DNA of 64,000 nucleotides from IMG/VR virus record IMGVR_UViG_3300009149_000014, positions 52,186 to 116,185 of that record; one strand, written 5' to 3'. The notes beneath the pieces were generated by a model. That model worked only from the letters and a program-made list of their open reading frames with translations, was not told the origin of the DNA and did not search any database. Origin of the DNA: a virus. Made by a program: the position numbers and the translations under genes. Positions 57,126 to 64,000 of this stretch are shown here, one piece after another. Each line of letters begins with the position of its first letter. Within the stretch, counting starts at the first letter, position 1.

Positions 57126-57389
57126 ATGCCGTTTCCGTTCACTAATACTAAAGCTGGTAAACCAAAAGCTTTACCTCCAATTTTATTGGACGGTGATGCT
57201 CAGGTTAATCAGATTGGGGTCCAGGTCGTCGGGGATGACGGTTTAGATTACACCCCTAGAGCCCAGGTTAATCAAATTGGGGTCCAGGTCGTCGGAGATG
57301 ACGGTTTAGATTACACCCCTAGAGCCCAGGTTAATCAGATTGGGGTCCAGGTCGTCGGAGATGACGACTCTTTCACACCATTACCGTAG
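57126..57389 (+). CDS. Small repeat protein (AQVNQIGVQVVGDD x3)
   Basis: ORF built on a 63-nt tandem repeat. Confidence 0.55.
   Translation: MPFPFTNTKAGKPKALPPILLDGDAQVNQIGVQVVGDDGLDYTPRAQVNQIGVQVVGDDGLDYTPRAQVNQIGVQVVGDDDSFTPLP
57198..57366 (+). repeat. 63-nt tandem repeat, about 2.7 copies
   Basis: CAGGTTAATC recurs at 57201, 57264 and 57327. Confidence 0.95.
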
Positions 57390-57399
57390 CGAGATTGAA

Positions 57400-58489
57400 A
57401 TGGCATTATTACTAATCGAAGGTTTCGAAAGATTCTCTGGATCTATTAATGTGGCGGAAGGTATTTCGTTTAATGATACAATAGTCTATTCAGCATCTAA
57501 TTCAGGAAGATTACTTTTTCAAACAACTACTGGAAGATTGGGTCATGGGACTGCTGTGAGACCTAATAGAATAGCTACGAATTCTGGGTCTCAAAACACC
57601 TACATAACATTTTTAAAATGGAGAAACAATGCTAATGTGACATTTGTGAACAATACGACATATACAGTCGGATTCGCTCTAAATGTAAATAATAATTCAT
57701 CAAATTCCGATATAGCTGCGGGGGTTCACTTTAATGTTGGCCCATTGGATATTAGAAGGCAACCAGTATCGTCCACAGAATATCAAATTAGAATAAATGG
57801 AGTAAATTATGGGCCAATTTTAACACAGCATTTGGTATTACATAGAAATCCAATGGGTGCAGTCCACAAGTGGAAGTTTGGTTATTCGCATAAATGGTGT
57901 AGAGGTAGTAACCACCAGTAGCTTAAATCTTTCTGCTAGTCCAACATTGTTGCGATTCGGTGGTTCAGGAGACAATAATGGAGGTGTTTGGTACACTCTA
58001 GATGATATCTACCTTCTGGATAATACTGGAACTGTTAATAATGATTTTCTTGGTCCTCAGATGATCGAGTACGTCGTTCCATCTGGTCCAGGTTCTCTCA
58101 CTGAGTGGAACCCTACGGCGGGAGCAAATTGGGAAAACGTGGACGAGACCACGGTTTTGGATAGTAACCTTGTTTCGAGTGATGCTGTTGGGGCCGAAGA
58201 TTTTTATGCGATGGCTCTTAATCATCTTGCTTCGACAACTATTAACGGTGTGTCTGTAAATATGGTGGCAAGTTCAACAGCACCCTTGGTTGGTATTACA
58301 CCAAAGTTGAAGCTCAACGCCGACGTAATAGACGGAGCCACTATCCAGCGGCAAGACGTGTCCAATCGTGGTAGTAATCAAATTCTCGTGTCTGATTCAG
58401 CTCCAGACGGATCTGGTTGGACGCCCACTAAATTTAATGCTACGGAAATTGGTTTTCGAGTTGCGAATTTGCCTACTGTAGGGCCTTGA
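57400..58489 (+). pseudogene. Lectin/laminin-G-like tail protein split by a frameshift near 57822-57832
   Basis: MALLLIEGFE...YGPILT continues in the +1 frame as SIWYYIEIQW..GSLVIRING..LDDIYLLD..NNDFLG. Confidence 0.7.
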
Positions 58490-58516
58490 GTTAATATTAA
58501 ATTTTGAGATCATGTC

Positions 58517-58708
58517 ATGAAGCAGTATTATAATGATCGTCTTTTAAGTTTTCAAAAAGTTAGATTAGCTGTGTTTTTATCAGTTATTTGTGGTTTTTTT
58601 GTTGGAAGTATTTTGTTGGGAAGTTTTATTGGTTTAATGATATTATTGTTTGATTTTATCTTTTTGAGGAAGATAAATTCGAATAGTGGTCGTTGCCGTA
58701 TAGGGTAG
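58517..58708 (+). CDS. Small membrane protein
   Basis: 63 aa with a long hydrophobic stretch. Confidence 0.4.
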   Translation: MKQYYNDRLLSFQKVRLAVFLSVICGFFVGSILLGSFIGLMILLFDFIFLRKINSNSGRCRIG

Positions 58709-58726
58709 GGAATAGGTCGGCTTGTT

Positions 58727-59083
58727 ATGTTCAATTACTTGATAAACGTCCGCAGAAGGAAACAATCAACCAAAACTTATTGTTTTGGCTTGTTTTTATC
58801 TGATCTATCAGGCCAAAATATACCATGTTCTCCAAGGCGATCGGATACCATATCACTTGATCATTTTGCTGAAACTACAGTAACCAAACAATTAGCGAAA
58901 TCACTACCTGGTGAATGGTTACCAGAACCGATCACCCCTGTTTTAAGTCCTGGTCTCTACCTTGGTTTTGCCGAAATTACGGCAACCCAGCAATTAGCGA
59001 AATCACTACCTGGTGAATGGTTACCAGAACCGATCACCCCTGTTTTAAGTCCTGGTCTACATTTAGGTCTTGAGGAGTTATGA
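58727..59083 (+). CDS. Small protein with a 34-aa tandem duplication
   Basis: QLAKSLPGEWLPEPITPVLSPGL occurs twice. Confidence 0.45.
   Translation: MFNYLINVRRRKQSTKTYCFGLFLSDLSGQNIPCSPRRSDTISLDHFAETTVTKQLAKSLPGEWLPEPITPVLSPGLYLGFAEITATQQLAKSLPGEWLPEPITPVLSPGLHLGLEEL
58865..59068 (+). repeat. 102-nt tandem duplication
   Basis: The two copies start at 58865 and 58967 and have an identical core. Confidence 0.9.
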
Positions 59084-60708
59084 TGTCTGACATTTTTTTT
59101 GATTTTTCCGCCGCTAACAACGGCACCGGAACAGTACCGACTCAAGCAGCAAGCCCAGGTGGCGTTGGTGCGTTCAATACTGTTGCCGGTAGAACACCAT
59201 TATCAGGTGATACTTGGTGGATAAGACGAACCAGCTCTTCCGACATATTAGCTGCCAATATTACAGTTAATGTTGTCGATTTTTCTATAGTTGGATGGCC
59301 TGTAGTAGAAGATAATATGTATATCGATAGGCCGACATCGGGAGTTATAGCTGGCTGGGATGACGACGTGGAAGAGTATGCTGTATTTAATGCTGGAACT
59401 AATAGATCGTTAGTAGTTGATGAAAATTGCGTGCGCGGAAACTTGTTCTCTGGTATTTATCTATTGGGTACTGGATCATCTGGTGTTGTAAGATTAAACA
59501 TGGATGATAAGTCGCGCCATGTAGTGGTAGAGAGATGTAGATTTGAAAATCCCTTAAGAAACGGCAATGCTCCTGTAGCCTTAATCGATGGGGACAATCA
59601 CTATATTTCAAAACTCGATCTACGAGGTTCTGCTCTTACGACTAGCACGGTATATACCGTACGCTGGAATGCGAGCAATTGTATTTGTAGCGATTTAAAT
59701 CTGGTTTTTGGTAGAATTGATTATACAAACGATGGGTTTGGGTTATTAATATCTGGTGCCTATAATATATTTAATAGAATCGACATAACACTAGAAAATT
59801 CTTCATTGGCTGGTGATTTAATATCAATAAGTAGCGGTGCTGCTAATACTAAAATACTTAATTGTATGGTGACTAATACAAGTGGAGATACGAACGCTGG
59901 TATAATAGTCTTGTCCTCAGACAGCTCTGAAATAGAACTGGACTTTAACAATCAGGGACCTCAATCTATTAACGTTCCTAGTTCGTTTAAAAGCGGTATA
60001 ATTAAAATTAGCAACGCTTCTTTTAATAGTTCTTTTTTATTGAGTGGTACTGATAATTATGTAGAATTAGACAATGTGGTGATACCAGCAGGTTTAACCA
60101 GCGTTACTAATGGCAATTTAATAGTCGCTAAAGATCTTTTATGCGATGCTTCTTATACATCTCATATTGCCAATCATAATTCTATTTTGTATTCAATGAA
60201 TCACGGCCAAGTTGCCGGTCTGTGGCGCAGTGAATCAGCTTTTGGATACTTGCAAAGCTCTAATGTTGTTCGCACTGGTGGAGGTTCTTTTTCCTTATAC
60301 GGGGAAAGAACAAATCTCAGTGCTGTTGGCAACGCATTTTATAATTTTCCTTACATAGGAGATTCAAGAGCAGAAGCGATATTGTTGTCTTTAACCACAG
60401 GTGCGAGAACTGTGACTGTGTTCGGTGCTCATAAATTGTTTTCTTCGCCTTTAAAGAACACCAATTTGTGGTTGGAGCTAGAGTACAAGGACGGTGATGG
60501 TAATCCTCGGATAATCACATCATTGAAGCAATCGGTGTTAACCACCGATAATAGTGTCTGGGTTAATGATTCAGGTTTAACGTTGTTCAAGATGGAACTT
60601 GGTTTTACCCTACCATCAAATCAAGTTTGCCCATTGAGAATAAGAGGCAATTTGCCACCAGAGTCCGGTGCTTATTTCTATTTGGATGTAACACCGGTAA
60701 TTGTTTAA
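59083..60708 (+). CDS. Beta-helix-like tail-associated protein (paralog 1)
   Basis: FFDFSAANNGTG..QAASPGGVGAFNT N-terminus, Asn/Ser/Ile-rich core; GAGGAG RBS. Confidence 0.7.
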   Translation: MSDIFFDFSAANNGTGTVPTQAASPGGVGAFNTVAGRTPLSGDTWWIRRTSSSDILAANITVNVVDFSIVGWPVVEDNMYIDRPTSGVIAGWDDDVEEYAVFNAGTNRSLVVDENCVRGNLFSGIYLLGTGSSGVVRLNMDDKSRHVVVERCRFENPLRNGNAPVALIDGDNHYISKLDLRGSALTTSTVYTVRWNASNCICSDLNLVFGRIDYTNDGFGLLISGAYNIFNRIDITLENSSLAGDLISISSGAANTKILNCMVTNTSGDTNAGIIVLSSDSSEIELDFNNQGPQSINVPSSFKSGIIKISNASFNSSFLLSGTDNYVELDNVVIPAGLTSVTNGNLIVAKDLLCDASYTSHIANHNSILYSMNHGQVAGLWRSESAFGYLQSSNVVRTGGGSFSLYGERTNLSAVGNAFYNFPYIGDSRAEAILLSLTTGARTVTVFGAHKLFSSPLKNTNLWLELEYKDGDGNPRIITSLKQSVLTTDNSVWVNDSGLTLFKMELGFTLPSNQVCPLRIRGNLPPESGAYFYLDVTPVIV

Positions 60709-60944
60709 TGAGTCGCTTGACTTAATCACAATCAACTAAACCATGCGTTGTAAAATGGAACTAATCATTTCTATAAGCATTTTAGCCTTAGCGTGGTTTA
60801 CACTTTACTGTGTGATCATATGGTGGTACAACTATTAGTTGTGGGTTTCGAATAATCGCGACAAATCAGTTTTCGATTACGAATTGAATCGATCAACACT
60901 GTTCGACAATTTTGTCTAAAAGATTATTACTTCTACATCTGATG

Positions 60945-61360
60945 TTTAATTTTTATTCATCTCAAAGTTAAACAGAATATTCACATTTTGAGATCTTTAG
61001 AATGCCAAAAATTACTTATCCAAACAAGTCAGTCGGCGATCAATTCACAGCCGACGAAGCCACAGAAATTAAAACTTCTGTTAACGCTTTGTACGATCAA
61101 GTAGAAGGCACTCTCCAAGGCCCTCAAGGAGATCCAGGCCCTCAAGGAGATCCTGGTCCACAAGGAGATCCAGGTTCTTCTAGATTTGAAGTTATAATTG
61201 ATACTACTGTCTCTAGGACTCTTATTTTAACGGATTCTCAGAAGTATATTAGGTTCACTAATCATTCTCCGGTGACTGTTACTATTCCGTTGCAGTCTGC
61301 TGTTGCTTGGGAAGATTTTGAAGAGATAGCTATTGAGCAGGCTGGTGATGGTGTTGTTAC
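60945..61360 (+). repeat. Duplication copy 2 of 52265-52670
   Basis: Near-identical DNA, with one extra collagen triplet unit. Confidence 0.9.
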
Positions 61361-62246
61361 AGTTGAGGGTGATGCTGGTGTTGCGGTTAATTCGAGTGGT
61401 GATCCGATTACTACTGGCCAATATTCTTTTCTTACCATCAAAAGAGTTGCTGAAAATCAGTGGGTAGTGTCTGGGGCTGGCGAAGGAGCATCTGGTTTAT
61501 CTGATTTATCTGATGTCGATTCTTCAGTAGCCACACCTAATAATGGTGATATCTTAGTTTATAGGTCTGCTGATTCTAAATGGGTTCTAGAAGCCAAACC
61601 AGTTGGTGGTGTAAGTTCCGGTTCCTGGAGAGTTGTTTCTAGTAGTAATTATACAGCTGTGCCGTTAACTACTTCTAGAATTGCTATGAGTGACACTGAT
61701 GGTTTTAAGATGGGTCTCCCTGTTAAATACTCATACGATGGTTCCTCTTATTATGGTGTGATTACAGCTGTTTCCACCGATGCCTATGTAGATATAGCTG
61801 GTGCACCACTTAATGTTTTAATACCTATAACAGAATTGGCGCTGGGTCCATCATACAGTGTTGTTCAAGTCGTACTAGTGGTAGATGGAAATTATGCTGA
61901 TGACGTTTCTGATCTGTTGTTACTTGATATGAATACTTACTTTCGCTGGCAAGCCGCTAGTGCAGCTTTGGTTCAGTTTCAATTTGTTCATAATGTTGAA
62001 GATAGTGGCAGTCAGCCTTTGGTTAATATCAAAATCAATGATAATTTCGTTGGGACAGACAATTCGAACAATGGAGTCCAATTGGGGTCGGCGGGAACAT
62101 GGGTTTCAACTACTCCCGTTGGAATAAACCCAGCATATTACATTGCAAATAAAGATGATGATCTTGAGATCGCATGTACCGTTGTTGGGGGTGCCTTAAA
62201 TGCAGCCAACTTAACTGGTAATTTGGTGTTCGTAAAATTTGATTGA
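61002..62246 (+). CDS. Tail fibre/adaptor protein (copy 2)
   Basis: Paralog of 52322-53437 with an added LSDLSDV..NGDILVY..KWV knob insert. Confidence 0.7.
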   Translation: MPKITYPNKSVGDQFTADEATEIKTSVNALYDQVEGTLQGPQGDPGPQGDPGPQGDPGSSRFEVIIDTTVSRTLILTDSQKYIRFTNHSPVTVTIPLQSAVAWEDFEEIAIEQAGDGVVTVEGDAGVAVNSSGDPITTGQYSFLTIKRVAENQWVVSGAGEGASGLSDLSDVDSSVATPNNGDILVYRSADSKWVLEAKPVGGVSSGSWRVVSSSNYTAVPLTTSRIAMSDTDGFKMGLPVKYSYDGSSYYGVITAVSTDAYVDIAGAPLNVLIPITELALGPSYSVVQVVLVVDGNYADDVSDLLLLDMNTYFRWQAASAALVQFQFVHNVEDSGSQPLVNIKINDNFVGTDNSNNGVQLGSAGTWVSTTPVGINPAYYIANKDDDLEIACTVVGGALNAANLTGNLVFVKFD

Positions 62247-62272
62247 TTTAGTTTTCATATTGGATATTATAC

Positions 62273-63889
62273 ATGGCTACCTATTTTGTTGATTTGTCTG
62301 CTGTCAATAATGGCGATGGTTCTACCCCAGGTCAAGCAGCGACTCCTGGTGGTGTTGGGGCTTTTAATACTTTAGTGGGTCTGATTTACGGTGCTGGGGA
62401 TCAATTTTGGTTGAGACGTGTTGTTGCTAGTAGCCCTTTTGGTAGTGATATCACTATTGCTAATACCGATGTTATTTTAATTGGTTGGCCTGTTTCTGGT
62501 GATGATTATTATAACACTCGACCAGCGAGTGGTATTTCAGAAGGTTGGGATTCCGATGTCTCTATGTATGCGACGTTTGAATTCACTGGTTCGAACATCG
62601 AATTCAATGTTTCGGGGGCACGGTGCGAGTTTTATAGGTTGAATGGTATGTCTGCGAACGGCGATTCTCTGTCCGTTACCGGCCCCGATTTTACTATGAA
62701 ACATTGTGTGTGGAGCGTTGATACAGTGACGAATAGCTGGCCTTTTGTCATGACCACTACAGCGGTTCGAATGTTATTAGAACATTGTGTTTTCAACATC
62801 GAAAGTTTCACGGGATCTTCTCCATTTTTTGCTGCAGGTCAAGATTTTAGAGTTTTTAGATATATTGAAGTCAATATTGTTGATCTAAATCACAGCAGCA
62901 TTTTAGTTAGATGGGGTATCAATAATGTTTTCGACAATGTAATCTTTAATGTTACTAACTTGTCTGGGTCTGTTGCTCCTGTTTTTATGTCAGACACATC
63001 TGAAACTAATTTAACCGTTTTAGGTATGCATTTTAATGTCACGAATGATTTGACAGCATCTGATAATTCGTCCGCAAATCGATTTGGGGACAATACTATT
63101 GCCCATGATGTTAGAATAGACGCCTGTAGCGGACTTTGGGTATCAACAAATAGCAGGATATATGTGGCTGCTTTTAGTAGGAAGACAAGCAAGAACCAGC
63201 TCTTTTCTGCGGGAGCAGGCTCAGAATTTTATGTAAATAATCTAATTGGTCTTCCGGGCGATAACCAGCTTATTGATTTATCTAGCAGTTCCACCGCAAT
63301 TCTTCGGAATTTTCAACCAGGTCCGGCTTCAAATCCTGTTGATGTTCTTAATAAATCCAGTGTTTTCAGTCTGGATCACAACAATATTAAAGGTGCTTGG
63401 AAGAAATATGTGCCAAATGGAACCGCCGAAACTTCGACAGTATTTAGAGTCGATGGTTCTACTTACAGTGTTTTGCTGGAACCCATTTCGAACGTTCCAC
63501 ACAATTTTATACATGGAATGCTTGGATTCTCGCAACCGTTTGAGGATTCGTTGTTTTTGTCGGTTACACCCGGTCTCGCTACAATCACACTTTATGGAGC
63601 ATATCAAGGATATATAAACGGTTTAACAAACCAAGATATTTGGATGGAATTAGAATATCTCAATGCTTTGAACAATGTTGTTTTGTCTTCCACTAGAGAT
63701 CTTGGCAATTCAAAGACTATGGTATCTAGTGATGTGTCTGTTTGGAGTGGAGAAACCGGGTTAACCCCATTTAAACTTGAAATTACTATTGATTTCTCGT
63801 CTAATCAAATTGTTCCGGTTAGACTATTCGGGTTGACTTTTGAATCATTTTCATATGTGTACTTTGACCCAAAACCGGTTGTTTCATAG
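62273..63889 (+). CDS. Beta-helix-like tail-associated protein (paralog 2)
   Basis: N- and C-terminal domains align with 59083-60708; the centre is divergent. Confidence 0.7.
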   Translation: MATYFVDLSAVNNGDGSTPGQAATPGGVGAFNTLVGLIYGAGDQFWLRRVVASSPFGSDITIANTDVILIGWPVSGDDYYNTRPASGISEGWDSDVSMYATFEFTGSNIEFNVSGARCEFYRLNGMSANGDSLSVTGPDFTMKHCVWSVDTVTNSWPFVMTTTAVRMLLEHCVFNIESFTGSSPFFAAGQDFRVFRYIEVNIVDLNHSSILVRWGINNVFDNVIFNVTNLSGSVAPVFMSDTSETNLTVLGMHFNVTNDLTASDNSSANRFGDNTIAHDVRIDACSGLWVSTNSRIYVAAFSRKTSKNQLFSAGAGSEFYVNNLIGLPGDNQLIDLSSSSTAILRNFQPGPASNPVDVLNKSSVFSLDHNNIKGAWKKYVPNGTAETSTVFRVDGSTYSVLLEPISNVPHNFIHGMLGFSQPFEDSLFLSVTPGLATITLYGAYQGYINGLTNQDIWMELEYLNALNNVVLSSTRDLGNSKTMVSSDVSVWSGETGLTPFKLEITIDFSSNQIVPVRLFGLTFESFSYVYFDPKPVVS

Positions 63890-63897
63890 GTTAAATT

Positions 63898-64000
63898 ATG
63901 GCCACTTATTTTGTTGATTTTTCTGCTGCTAATAATGGCGATGGCTCTTCTCATGTTCAAGCTCCCACACCTGGTGGTGTGGGAGCTTTCAATTCTTTAG
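63898..64000 (+). CDS. Beta-helix-like protein paralog 3 (partial)
   Basis: MATYFVDFSAANNGDGSSHVQAPTPGGVGAFNSL runs off the end of the window. Confidence 0.75.
   Translation, partial: MATYFVDFSAANNGDGSSHVQAPTPGGVGAFNSL

Noticed and set aside
57198-57366. Possible mini CRISPR array
   Set aside because: The apparent spacers are identical and the period is 63 nt in frame, so it is a coding tandem repeat. No cas genes are present.
52265-64000. Diversity-generating retroelement acting on fibre genes
   Set aside because: No reverse transcriptase in the window, and differences between repeat copies are not confined to adenines.
1-64000. Stop-codon recoding
   Set aside because: Long conserved genes are intact in code 11, and TAA, TAG and TGA all terminate genes.
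1-64000. tRNA or rRNA genes
   Set aside because: No cloverleaf with a T-loop and acceptor stem was recognised in the short intergenic gaps; tRNAscan was not run.

Overview
This 64 kb window is the morphogenesis and replication core of a large T4-like (contractile-tail, probably jumbo) dsDNA phage that uses the standard genetic code. 1-20 kb: tail sheath, three tube-like paralogs, a gp26-like chaperone with a probable +1 frameshift extension, a primase, the tape measure and the baseplate genes. 21-29 kb: an intein-containing class II ribonucleotide reductase, an intein-containing SF2 helicase and a gp55-like late sigma factor. 29-41.5 kb: an intein-containing terminase, the portal, a giant acidic core protein, the prohead protease, the scaffold and the major capsid protein. 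41.5-47 kb: a LAGLIDADG endonuclease-DNA methyltransferase fusion, then three late genes that look like protease-processed head-internal proteins; one is sigma70/ECF-like and another carries a second copy of its region-4 module. 47-52 kb: a second TOPRIM protein and small accessory ORFs. 52-64 kb: duplicated tail fibre/adhesin cassettes. The strongest candidate for an undescribed system is the putative virion-packaged sigma factor cassette at 43.7-47.0 kb. All family assignments come from motif recognition by eye and synteny; no database searches were run.
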